Shown: positions 9,257 through 19,153 of the stretch, in pieces | Layout of the letters: every line of letters begins with the position of its first letter | Position numbering within the stretch: position 1 is the first letter of the stretch | DNA from: a virus | DNA: 64,000 nt | Virus record (IMG/VR): IMGVR_UViG_3300047359_000671 | Coordinates: 1-64,000 of that record | Direction: 5' to 3' (one strand) | Notes under the pieces: generated by a model | Told to the model about the DNA's origin: nothing | Databases searched by the model: none | The model's input: the letters and a program-made list of their open reading frames with translations, nothing else | Translations under genes and position numbers: made by a program

Positions 9257-10509
9257 TACATGTATCCTTTTAGTCTATCATATAATTCTGGAAATGTTTC
9301 TTCAAAACTTTCACCGCGCATCTTATCTAATGAATGCGTATAGTCCATTGCTTTTTTAAGCAAAGCAAGGTCTGTTGGTTTTTCTCCAAATTGTTTAATC
9401 CCTAATATTTTTCCTGGGTCTTCGTCTTTTGGAAATGCAGGTGTAACCTTTTCAATAATTTCTTTTCTTATTTCTAATGGCAACGCATCTGGGCTAAACC
9501 AACTAGGTTGAGTTACAAAGTTATGATGTACCCATATACCTTTAGAGTTTGCCCATTCTTTCATCTCATCCAAGTAATAAAAATTCATCCAACTAACAGT
9601 CTGTGTTACTGCAAATTGCATAGTATCTTTATGTTCTAACAGCATATCAACTGTTTCATTCACCTTATCCCACTTCGTCGGATGTCTTATGTACTCATTT
9701 CTGTTTCCAATGTCATCAATACTAAACCCAACCTCTACATCATCAAACTGTTTCCAAATATCAATAATCTCTGGCGTCATATTTGTCATATTAATATTAT
9801 ACCAAAGTTTCACATTTGTTCTACCTGCATCAATCATGCGTTGTAGAAATCTGAAATGCTCTTTGATTAATGTGGGTTCTCCACCATTAATGTAGAATAC
9901 TTTTGCACTCTTTGAGTTTTCAAATAAGTCATCCCAGAATTTATCTTGTTCTGGCCAATCGAATTGGTTATGCTCTTTATCAAACAAATCTAATGTAGTG
10001 AATTTACCACGCAATTTGTTATAGTCGGTTATCCATTTACTACTACTCCAAGGGTTACATGTTCTACATTTGACGTTACATATATTACCTAGACGCAACT
10101 CTATGAACTCTAAATCAATATCTTTTAAAGAACCATCTTTTCTAGTTCTATCTCTTGCTTCTTCAATTGTAAAGTGTGAAAATGTTTTATTCTCTTTTGC
10201 TCTTTTACTCCATATGCCTGCTTCTTCTTCTCTGTAGCATCTCTTACACATCTCTGGTTCTTTTCCGTTTAACATATCTAATCTTACATCGTTAAACGAA
10301 TCACCATTCATAATTTCTTCAATAGAATGATTTTTTAAATCTAAAAATATATCACCACTAACACTTCTCGGGTCATCATCTGATTTATTAGTATACATAC
10401 GTGAACGTGAGATTCCATTATGATGGTCTGCAACGCAACATACTGTGGCGCCACCATGAGGATGTGATGCTAGGTGTATCCAAGGTAAGGTGCAAAATGT
10501 TTTACTCAT
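9256..10509 (-). CDS. Radical SAM protein with N-terminal twitch-like Cys cluster
   Basis: FCTLPW...VCC...CKRC, then CNVKCRTC, SSKW, GGEP. Confidence 0.9.
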   Translation of the reverse strand: MSKTFCTLPWIHLASHPHGGATVCCVADHHNGISRSRMYTNKSDDDPRSVSGDIFLDLKNHSIEEIMNGDSFNDVRLDMLNGKEPEMCKRCYREEEAGIWSKRAKENKTFSHFTIEEARDRTRKDGSLKDIDLEFIELRLGNICNVKCRTCNPWSSSKWITDYNKLRGKFTTLDLFDKEHNQFDWPEQDKFWDDLFENSKSAKVFYINGGEPTLIKEHFRFLQRMIDAGRTNVKLWYNINMTNMTPEIIDIWKQFDDVEVGFSIDDIGNRNEYIRHPTKWDKVNETVDMLLEHKDTMQFAVTQTVSWMNFYYLDEMKEWANSKGIWVHHNFVTQPSWFSPDALPLEIRKEIIEKVTPAFPKDEDPGKILGIKQFGEKPTDLALLKKAMDYTHSLDKMRGESFEETFPELYDRLKGYM

Positions 10510-11329
10510 CTCTAATCATCTCCATTAAATGATGAGCGAATGTCTTATGATGTACAAACCCCATGTGTGAACCATCTCTTGCTCGGTTGCTTCTATTTTT
10601 TGGGTTTTCTATCGGATTATAAAATTCGTCATCGACAAATGTGGTTTCTCCAAATCTTTTATGATAAAACTTTATATCTAATATCTCGCATAATGTATTT
10701 ACCGCATTCAAGGTCATTTGCTCTTTATATAGTCTATACTCATTTGCATACAAAAGCATATGCTTATATACTATATTTTCTTCAACATTAGTTGGACACA
10801 TATTCATTGGAGTACCAGTCTTATCGTCTATGATAAACATTCTATCATGGTTTGGAATATTAGCACATATCATCTTCGGATTAAACTTTTTAATGTAAGG
10901 CAAAAATCTTAACCATTCATCTGTAGACCCACCCGGTATACATAAATTAATAAAGTTATATTCTGTATCAAATTTTTCTTCTATCATGCCATGTACTTGG
11001 GCAGTCCATATTTCATCTTCTGGGACCCCTATACCAAACCCATGACTGCAACCTAAGTAGATTATAGATTTCTTATTAATAAAGTCTATGGTGTCAAAGT
11101 TATCACATCTCCAACCCTGTAGGCTTAGTTTGTATGATACACTATCTTTAGTATAGTTAGTTTTAGACGGGTCATAATTTTTACTGCTATCTGCTAGTAA
11201 CCATTGTAGTTCAAAATCATAGTTTTTATTTTCAACTTCATACCCGGTTAATGCCTGTCTTCTTACTACATAGTTTAGAGGCCATGGATTATTAAATGAT
11301 ATTTCACTATGTAAATTATCTTTATCCAT
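10502..11329 (-). CDS. SGNH/GDSL-fold protein
   Basis: LGCSHGFGIG, NLCIPGGS and C-terminal RDGSH. Likely start is MDKDN. Confidence 0.72.
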   Translation of the reverse strand: MDKDNLHSEISFNNPWPLNYVVRRQALTGYEVENKNYDFELQWLLADSSKNYDPSKTNYTKDSVSYKLSLQGWRCDNFDTIDFINKKSIIYLGCSHGFGIGVPEDEIWTAQVHGMIEEKFDTEYNFINLCIPGGSTDEWLRFLPYIKKFNPKMICANIPNHDRMFIIDDKTGTPMNMCPTNVEENIVYKHMLLYANEYRLYKEQMTLNAVNTLCEILDIKFYHKRFGETTFVDDEFYNPIENPKNRSNRARDGSHMGFVHHKTFAHHLMEMIRDE

Positions 11330-12731
11330 TTTCATATTCCATCCACCAGTTATATAATTCTGGACAATACTCTTTGTATATTTCTTCGATTGTTGGCATA
11401 CCAGTTTCTTTATCTTTTCTTATATCACTCAGTTTTGCTTGAAATCTTCTACCACCTACTGATGGTTCGTGGTGGTTGTTCCATTGTTGTGCAAATGTAG
11501 GACGATTTTTCATTTCATGTAATGTTTTGATTAGTGTCTCTTGCTTCGTAGTTGCTCTTGGTTCCATGTAATCTAAGTTGTCTTGTATTACTTTGTCAAG
11601 TATATGTCTTGGCCATGCAAACGGAGAGAACACCATATCGGGATGAAATGCAAACATCATCTTTGTTTCCATACGAACATTTAGTTCTTGGCTTAAGTCA
11701 AACAGTTCTTTCAATGAGAACATACCAGGACCTGTAATAGTCAAGTCCAATAACATTTTATGCTCGCCGCCCGGCAAAGCAACTCCTTGTTTGAAGTTTT
11801 CTAACCACTCTTCCCATACTAACCCAGTTCGAATGAATTCACCAATCTTGCCTGTGCCGTCAATACTTGCACACATCATCCAATCTTTAAACTGTGGCAG
11901 ATAATCATATAGATTTTTTCCTTTAAAGTCAACACGGGATAGATTAGAGTTATATCTCAGATAGCAATCTTTGGCAGTGCCTGCCTGTGTCATCTTCTCT
12001 AATGTCTCCCAATGAATATCATACATGAGTGGTTCGCCACCGACCCAATAGATTTCTTCTACGATTCCGTCATCAATTGCTTTTCTGAATTCTGGTTCAA
12101 CAACATCTATCTGAAATGCATTCATTTTCTTTTTTACATCTGGTATCATAAACGGATGTTCTTCGGGTGACCACAAGTCATGCTTCTTTTTCTCTGCTTC
12201 CCAACTTGAACTCAATAGTTCTCCGCACATTCTACACTTGAAGTTACATAGATTGCTAAAGCGATAGTCAAAAGAAATAGTAGGCATAGATGTTCTACCA
12301 TCGTCATCTGTCTTCTCAAATGCTTCTTCAATCTTATGATTGAATAGATGCCCAGTAAACCATTTCTTATATGAACTCAAACTTAGGATGTCATCGTTGC
12401 AAACGTCACACTGTGGAATAGTTTCGCCTGCCATAAGTTTCTTTCTTATGTTCATCATATATGGCGAGTTCCAATGTTCTTCTAATGTGAGTGGATTGAA
12501 ATCATCTGCTTTAGTTTTGACTTTCTTTTCTATACCATACGAATCATCATTTGATGCATCAATGTATTGCTTCTGAAACTGATGTTCTTCACGTGATGCA
12601 CAACACATTCTTCTCTCACCCTGTGGTGAAATGTAAGTGTGTGTCCACGGAGCCATACAGAAAGTTTTGTTTTCACTTTCTTCTGGTTGTGTTCCATTGT
12701 CATTCCATACTGGTATAATTCTTTTAGTCAT
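11322..12731 (-). CDS. Radical SAM protein with N-terminal twitch-like Cys cluster
   Basis: FCMAPW...MCC...CDVC, then CNFKCRMC and GGEP. Confidence 0.9.
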   Translation of the reverse strand: MTKRIIPVWNDNGTQPEESENKTFCMAPWTHTYISPQGERRMCCASREEHQFQKQYIDASNDDSYGIEKKVKTKADDFNPLTLEEHWNSPYMMNIRKKLMAGETIPQCDVCNDDILSLSSYKKWFTGHLFNHKIEEAFEKTDDDGRTSMPTISFDYRFSNLCNFKCRMCGELLSSSWEAEKKKHDLWSPEEHPFMIPDVKKKMNAFQIDVVEPEFRKAIDDGIVEEIYWVGGEPLMYDIHWETLEKMTQAGTAKDCYLRYNSNLSRVDFKGKNLYDYLPQFKDWMMCASIDGTGKIGEFIRTGLVWEEWLENFKQGVALPGGEHKMLLDLTITGPGMFSLKELFDLSQELNVRMETKMMFAFHPDMVFSPFAWPRHILDKVIQDNLDYMEPRATTKQETLIKTLHEMKNRPTFAQQWNNHHEPSVGGRRFQAKLSDIRKDKETGMPTIEEIYKEYCPELYNWWMEYENG

Positions 12732-15180
12732 AATTTATGTCTCTAATCCAAGGTAATATATCATATATATTTTTATTTCTATATTTGTTAATTCTATCAA
12801 ACACTGATTTATTTGTAATCCATAATTCTTTTCTATCATTATTAATATCAAAATCATCATACATGTCTGTTATGATTGTACGCAATTCATTTACGTTATA
12901 ACCTCTTTCATCTAATTCATCTAATATATCTGTATTTAACAGTTTTCTAGGCATCATCCGTATATCATACTCAGGAGGATTTACGAGTGGAGTGAATCTT
13001 AATCTTTTATTTAAATCTTCTCCGTCAATTTCTTCTAGTTCATTTATAGTTTCAATAAGATTATCATACGTAATCATACTAGTAACCAGGTTATAAGTTA
13101 GTTCTATTTCAGAACAAGATGTTAGTCTAGTCAAATTCTTTTTTATTACTTTCCAAGATGAACCATGTCGCTGGTATTCACCTGCTAATCCACTTGAATC
13201 AATTGAAGCATCTATAACAACTGGCGTTTTCCATTCTTTCCATATGTCTACAAAGTCTGTACCTTTATATTTTAGTGTCGAACAATTAGTGTTGTATCTT
13301 AATTTAACATTAGTATTTTTACTTTCCACTAACCAGAGCAATAGATTGCGATGGTGTTCTAATAGTAACGGCTCTCCTCCAGCAAAATATATCTGAAACT
13401 CTTTTTCTTTTTGTTCTCTTGTTATAGTTTGTAATACTTTTTTCATTTCATTAACCATAACATCAAAGTTATCGTCTTTGACTTCTATAAACTTTTCTCT
13501 TATAAAGTTAGGCCTCATTATATCTTCATTGAGTTGCCAGTGTCCAGAACTTAATCCATGACAACACATCACGCATCCGAAGTTACAATTATTACTTGGG
13601 CGCATATCCCAATAATATATAGTGTTAAATGTTCCATCAAGTATATCAGGTACAAAATGCGAATATCTCTCCCACATAGTTTCGAGTAAACTCGTACCTG
13701 GTGCTTGTTTTTCTTGTTGCCAACATGCATTGCACTCTGTGGGTTTCTCGCCGTTTATAAACTTTCCTTTAAGATTGCGCATTGTAGTAGACGTTAAAAT
13801 CTCATCAAATGTATTTTCGTTTAAGTTACCTACTGAACCTTGATAGATACAGCATGGTTTAACATCACCTTTTGGGTCAACATATGTTGCAGTCCAAGGA
13901 GCAGTACAGAAATTATTAATTTTTTCAGTCATAATGAGATTTTTTTCTTTTATTAAACTGTTCCTAGTATCTGACATATCTTGTCTCTTAACTTTCTTAC
14001 CGCAAAAAACAGAACATGCTCTTAATCTTTTATTTCTTATGTCTCTGTCTTCGAAACTTTCATTCCATCCAGTGGTAAATATCTCTCCATTAATAATGTC
14101 TTCTAATGAATTATGTTTTAATGATATAGTTTCTTCACCATAACTATTTATGAAGTCTCTTACTGGTGCTACCATATTGTTGTCACCGTATGTATCATCG
14201 TATATAGAAGCAGTATAACAGCATGGAAAAACTAATCCATTACTATTAATAAAAATCTTATTATCCTTTATTGCTTCACAATTTATATCACACTCACCTA
14301 ACTCTTTTTCACGTTGTGTTAATTCTCTGTTTGGGTCTAATGTTTCATGTTGGTTACTAGGCCATATAATAGGATGCAACGGTGTAGTTGATTTTTTCAA
14401 TTGTAGATTTATATCGCCAATAGTTCCTTTATCTAACTCAGTAGATAATTTATTTTTCTCAGTGATTGAAAGTGTACCTAAGTTTCTATTCGATATCTCT
14501 GCACTCGTATGTTCTCCTATTTCATATATCGGTGATTTAATAGTATACTGAAATTCTCCCATATTACCATGGACGTTTATACTATTATCTCTATTGAAAC
14601 CAATTGGCCTCTTTGCAAAGAATTCAGCAAACCCTAGTTCTTCTGCAAGTTTTGTTGCTTCGTCTATTTGATGTTCATTGTGTCGGAAGACTAGAAATTC
14701 CCACTTTGCTTTTGCCCCAGTAGAAATGTAACTAGTCATTGCTGTGATTATTTTATCCCAATGTGTACCTCTTCTGTATATGTGATTAGTATCTTCAAGA
14801 CCGTCAACACTAAATATGCAGACACCTTTTGGGTAGAATACTTCACCCAACTCACGCCAGAATGCCTCATCTCTGCCACTTGCATTTGTATTCATAACAA
14901 ATCTAATCTCTGGATTAATAGACTTCATATATTGTAAAATAGGAATCAAATCAGGGTTAGTCATTGAGTCGCCGTAGTTACCACACATAGTCACTAATTC
15001 TAACTGTGACAAAATATCCTCTGTAAACCAAAGTTTTGCTTGTTCTAATGTAACATATGTTTCTGTGAATCTTTCATTCTTTAGTCCGCCATTTGCTCTA
15101 CGAGAGCAAACAGGACATATAGCATTGCACAGACTACTAGTTTCAAAATCTATTCTTTTAATATCTTTGTATTCAATCAT
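12724..15180 (-). CDS. Tandem double radical SAM protein
   Basis: Domain 1: CNAICPVC with C-terminal Cys motifs (INC...PCC...CSVFC). Domain 2: FCTAPW..PCC..CNAC, CNFGCVMC and GGEP. The ORF track start is 15201. Confidence 0.88.
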   Translation of the reverse strand: MIEYKDIKRIDFETSSLCNAICPVCSRRANGGLKNERFTETYVTLEQAKLWFTEDILSQLELVTMCGNYGDSMTNPDLIPILQYMKSINPEIRFVMNTNASGRDEAFWRELGEVFYPKGVCIFSVDGLEDTNHIYRRGTHWDKIITAMTSYISTGAKAKWEFLVFRHNEHQIDEATKLAEELGFAEFFAKRPIGFNRDNSINVHGNMGEFQYTIKSPIYEIGEHTSAEISNRNLGTLSITEKNKLSTELDKGTIGDINLQLKKSTTPLHPIIWPSNQHETLDPNRELTQREKELGECDINCEAIKDNKIFINSNGLVFPCCYTASIYDDTYGDNNMVAPVRDFINSYGEETISLKHNSLEDIINGEIFTTGWNESFEDRDIRNKRLRACSVFCGKKVKRQDMSDTRNSLIKEKNLIMTEKINNFCTAPWTATYVDPKGDVKPCCIYQGSVGNLNENTFDEILTSTTMRNLKGKFINGEKPTECNACWQQEKQAPGTSLLETMWERYSHFVPDILDGTFNTIYYWDMRPSNNCNFGCVMCCHGLSSGHWQLNEDIMRPNFIREKFIEVKDDNFDVMVNEMKKVLQTITREQKEKEFQIYFAGGEPLLLEHHRNLLLWLVESKNTNVKLRYNTNCSTLKYKGTDFVDIWKEWKTPVVIDASIDSSGLAGEYQRHGSSWKVIKKNLTRLTSCSEIELTYNLVTSMITYDNLIETINELEEIDGEDLNKRLRFTPLVNPPEYDIRMMPRKLLNTDILDELDERGYNVNELRTIITDMYDDFDINNDRKELWITNKSVFDRINKYRNKNIYDILPWIRDINYD

Positions 15181-15832
15181 ACCGTAGTCGTCCGTTATCA
15201 TCCCACGACCACTGTTTTAATAGTTTCCAAAAACATTCTCTCACTACTGCTTCATTGTCGAATAGAGATAATTTATCTTCCAACGAATTTTGTTTTACTA
15301 TTGTAGTATGTACTGGAATAACTTTACTAACCTTGCCAGTTGTATTCAGTTGTTCATATGATATGGGTAAGATATTATATTTTTGATGTAATCTAATTTG
15401 GTTGAAGTACCAACGATTAAATGTATCGTTCATCTCACCGCCACATTGAGTTAAGATATCATAAGATTTTTCTGTATCTATTGGTTTATATTCATGTTTT
15501 GTTTCACTATTCCAAACCTCAGAATGTCTTGCTATGACATTACTAAGATAGGTGTCAAATATATCTTGTCTATATGAGAAATAGATGTTGTCTACTTGTT
15601 CACTATCAATAAAATATTCTAGTAAGTTAGAGTGACGGTCTATAGTAATACCAGTGTCGATATGCATTTTCATAGTCCAGTCACTATTTGACTTTGTATA
15701 AGATACTGCATTCATAAAATTATCATTATGCATTTCAGATACATCGCCTCTGGACATGGAGTAATGATGTAATAAACTACTATACAACATCGTGCTACCT
15801 GTTCTTCCGTAGAATATTATCAAATTTTTCAT
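15173..15832 (-). CDS. Sulfotransferase-like (Stf0-type P-loop) protein
   Basis: YGRTGSTML (5'-PSB-like), R.D....YLS (3'-PB-like), ISYEQL. Confidence 0.62.
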   Translation of the reverse strand: MKNLIIFYGRTGSTMLYSSLLHHYSMSRGDVSEMHNDNFMNAVSYTKSNSDWTMKMHIDTGITIDRHSNLLEYFIDSEQVDNIYFSYRQDIFDTYLSNVIARHSEVWNSETKHEYKPIDTEKSYDILTQCGGEMNDTFNRWYFNQIRLHQKYNILPISYEQLNTTGKVSKVIPVHTTIVKQNSLEDKLSLFDNEAVVRECFWKLLKQWSWDDNGRLRYD

Positions 15833-15834
15833 GT

Positions 15835-17370
15835 CTAACTCCCTAGACTATCTGTTTCAGTATTCCATCCAGGTTGTGTTTTTTCATGTGCATCATCGCC
15901 ACCTGCATATTCGTCTTGTGTTGCTGGGTCAGATGCATTAATTACTTCGATTCCGAACTTACCACTTAAGATATCATCTTTATTAGGCACTTCTGCTTTT
16001 AACGTTGTATACCAATCGGCAATCGGCCCAGGAAAAGTATCAACAAAGTTCTTATTTCGACGGATATCATATTGTTCAAAAAATGATTTAAAGTCATTAT
16101 ATAGTTTATCTTGGTCTGCCGTATTCTTGTGTGGGGTCTTAACGATATCTAAGTAATCAATTAGACGTTGTATACTTGCTACTTCGCCTTCACTTAACAT
16201 ACGAACAGGTCTTGAACTATTTAACCACTTCTCTAACTTCTCTTTATAAAATGTTTTGATTTCGATTGGGAGAATAGCCGCACTTTGAAAAGACGGGAAA
16301 CGTAAGATGTTTAATGTCATTGATGGCGCACGTAGACCGTATTCAATACGGAAGTCTAACATTTCGTCCATAAATTCTGTGATTGTAGTTAAACATAATG
16401 CATTAATTGTCATCATCATATGTAATTTAGATACGTTTGATTCTTTTAGAACACGATGAATATTTTCTTTCCAGAAGTTATAATCTAGGCCATCACGTAT
16501 ATATTCTGCTTGTTGGCCAATTGCTTCCATTGAAGTATAGATTTCAAAGTTAGGAATATGATGTGATTTTTCAATCAACTTATCTAATACTTTATTAGTT
16601 TCTGGGCATAAGTTACTATTGATGGCAAAACGCATGTTGCGTCCTCTATCTGGATTCTGTTCGAACCAATCGAACAATTGCCACGTGCCTTTGTGCATAA
16701 TAGGTTCACCACCAGTAATACGAATTTCTTCTAAACAATCTGCTAAGTCACTCTCCCACCACTTATGAAATGCTTGTACATACGGATTGTCTTCTTGCCT
16801 TTTTGTCGGCGAGTCGGCCCACGGTGCAGTATCGATAAAGTGCCCACGACCATCAGATTGAATATTCTGATATCCGCCATAGTCTTTAATATCTTTAACC
16901 CATGCTGTACTAAACGCTGGATTACAATAAGAACATTTAAAATTACATGCCTTATCAAACGAGATTTCCATAGTCTTTAGATTGACATTTTCATCCCATG
17001 GCATTGTAGCACTTGCTTCTACATCTTCATCTTTAAAAATTTCTGTTTTGAAAACACGGTCTGAGATATGGTTTTTACCCATATCTTCAACTTTCCAACA
17101 GTATTCGCATTCTGCTGGGCGTTCACCCTCTTGCATCATCTTACGCATTTTCTTCTTATGTGGCGTATTGTGAATTGCTGATGGATTACTTTCAAGTTCT
17201 TCTAATGGAATCCAATGTCCTGGCGGGTGATGACAACTTGTAGTTTGTCCGTGACCCAACCAGATAGTAGCATTGTACCACTTAGCGGCACAATATGACG
17301 GACTAATCGAGTCAATCATTCTTGTTTTGTACTGATGGAGTGTCTCTCCATCCCAATGTTTTCTACCCAT
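15835..17370 (-). CDS. Radical SAM protein (N-terminal C..KW...SCHH...CEYC cluster)
   Basis: YCAAKW, SCHHPP, CEYCW, CNFKCSYC, TGGEP. Likely start is MGRKHW. Confidence 0.9.
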   Translation of the reverse strand: MGRKHWDGETLHQYKTRMIDSISPSYCAAKWYNATIWLGHGQTTSCHHPPGHWIPLEELESNPSAIHNTPHKKKMRKMMQEGERPAECEYCWKVEDMGKNHISDRVFKTEIFKDEDVEASATMPWDENVNLKTMEISFDKACNFKCSYCNPAFSTAWVKDIKDYGGYQNIQSDGRGHFIDTAPWADSPTKRQEDNPYVQAFHKWWESDLADCLEEIRITGGEPIMHKGTWQLFDWFEQNPDRGRNMRFAINSNLCPETNKVLDKLIEKSHHIPNFEIYTSMEAIGQQAEYIRDGLDYNFWKENIHRVLKESNVSKLHMMMTINALCLTTITEFMDEMLDFRIEYGLRAPSMTLNILRFPSFQSAAILPIEIKTFYKEKLEKWLNSSRPVRMLSEGEVASIQRLIDYLDIVKTPHKNTADQDKLYNDFKSFFEQYDIRRNKNFVDTFPGPIADWYTTLKAEVPNKDDILSGKFGIEVINASDPATQDEYAGGDDAHEKTQPGWNTETDSLGS

Positions 17371-19153
17371 ATTTTTCCCTATATTCGTCTTGTGCTTCAT
17401 ACCAAAACTCTTCCATTTCAGGAAAAGTTTCTAAAAAGTTAAGTCCTCGTCTTTGGTCATATTGCTCAAAGTATTCATAAAAACGAATTAGCCTGTTACT
17501 AAGGTCTTCATCGTAAATATTTTCACCTTCTTTAGCCCATGCCAAATCTCTTTCTAATTTTAAAACTTCGTACTCTTTAAATCCTTCATAGGTAACTCCG
17601 TATTCCATGTTGCCCAGAACTTTTGATTTCATATAGTCGATGTTCAATTGGATTGTATCTAACATAGCATCGTCACACAGTTGAATATTAAACCAGTTCG
17701 GGTCTCTCATATAAGGAACATCAAACCATACTTTCTGTGCTAAAACTTTGTGTCGCTTTTCGACTTGATATTTATATCCGAATTTTTCTCTAAGTTCTAA
17801 AATATAATCTAAGAATCCACGTAATGCCGGCACACTCAGTAAGTTAAATGTGTTAATGAATGTTACACTAACTCTTGTAGTCTCTGACAATAATCTGTCA
17901 ACATTACGTTTTAGTTTATCCCAATCAAGACCATCACGGATATATTCGGCTTGCTTACCGATACTATCAACACTGATAAACACACTAATATGCTTACATG
18001 AAACATTATCGTATACGTGGTCCCATATATTCCAATCTGGGTTCTTTTTGTATTCACTCAAGTATATGAAACTATTATCATCTGTTTCTTCACATGGTCC
18101 CAAACCTTTGAATGTTTGAGTTATATCTTCCCATGACATAACCTCTGTGTTTGGCATAATTCTAAATGCTTCTGCGCCATGCAATGTTTCTTCAATAATA
18201 TACTGTGGCCATTTTTTCCAGTCGCTACCGTCTTTTGGGTCTTTTGCATAGAATAGAATATTTCTATAATTTGGATTTGCAGGTAGTTTGAATAATTGAT
18301 TAAAGTCTACTTCAGTAACACTGCTATCATTATCAGAAATTAATGGTTGCTCTAGTAGTTTTACTTTTTCAATAAATTTATCAAACAATGCATCGTCTGG
18401 TGGACACATGTTTGTTGTTAAAGAAATTTCTAAATCAGGATTTGGGTTATCTCTAATATAGTCTAAGACTTTAAATGTATTCTTATCCATTAGAGGTTCA
18501 CCACCTGTCATACGGAATATCTTTAGATTAGGATAAGCATCAGGCCACCATTTCCAAAACGCTTCAATATAAGGATTGTCTTTACGTGCAACTTCTAAAG
18601 GCATTAAGCCAATAGTTTTAAGTTCTTGTATATTATTATGACCACCGCCATCAGAAAATAAGAAAGGTCTATTTTCTTTAATATCATCTTCCCATGCAGT
18701 AGATAAGTGAGGAGAACAATATGCACACTTAAAGTTACATGCTTGATTGAAGTTTACTTCAACATAGCGTGGAGAGATGTCATGGTCCCAAGGACTGTTT
18801 ACTACCTCTTCCCATGCATCTTTGACCCACCACTCACTTGAACGATAATGTCTATCACTTAACGCATCTTTATTTGCATCTTCTACATTCCAACAATACT
18901 GACATCCTTCTGGTCTTGTGCCATTTTTCATTTGCCTACGTTCTTCTAATTTGAACTTAGTATTATGAAGTGCATTAGGATTTGCTTTTAACTCATCTAG
19001 TGGAATAGGATGTGTTGGTGGATGATAGCAACTATGTGTGCGTCCTTGAGGCAGGTGCATACTGACTTGTAGCCATTTTGCCATACACATCGATGGCGAT
19101 AATTCATTTAGTTTAACTCTGCATGCCTTAGCATCATCGTCATAGTTTGCCAT
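17363..19153 (-). CDS. Radical SAM protein, paralogue of 15835-17370 with an internal insertion
   Basis: MCMAKW, SCYHPP, CQYCW, CNFKCAYC, TGGEP. Confidence 0.9.
   Translation of the reverse strand: MANYDDDAKACRVKLNELSPSMCMAKWLQVSMHLPQGRTHSCYHPPTHPIPLDELKANPNALHNTKFKLEERRQMKNGTRPEGCQYCWNVEDANKDALSDRHYRSSEWWVKDAWEEVVNSPWDHDISPRYVEVNFNQACNFKCAYCSPHLSTAWEDDIKENRPFLFSDGGGHNNIQELKTIGLMPLEVARKDNPYIEAFWKWWPDAYPNLKIFRMTGGEPLMDKNTFKVLDYIRDNPNPDLEISLTTNMCPPDDALFDKFIEKVKLLEQPLISDNDSSVTEVDFNQLFKLPANPNYRNILFYAKDPKDGSDWKKWPQYIIEETLHGAEAFRIMPNTEVMSWEDITQTFKGLGPCEETDDNSFIYLSEYKKNPDWNIWDHVYDNVSCKHISVFISVDSIGKQAEYIRDGLDWDKLKRNVDRLLSETTRVSVTFINTFNLLSVPALRGFLDYILELREKFGYKYQVEKRHKVLAQKVWFDVPYMRDPNWFNIQLCDDAMLDTIQLNIDYMKSKVLGNMEYGVTYEGFKEYEVLKLERDLAWAKEGENIYDEDLSNRLIRFYEYFEQYDQRRGLNFLETFPEMEEFWYEAQDEYREKYG

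Noticed and set aside
17995-18350. Intein in the radical SAM gene
   Set aside because: No N-terminal Cys/Ser block A, no His-Asn terminus and no LAGLIDADG motifs.
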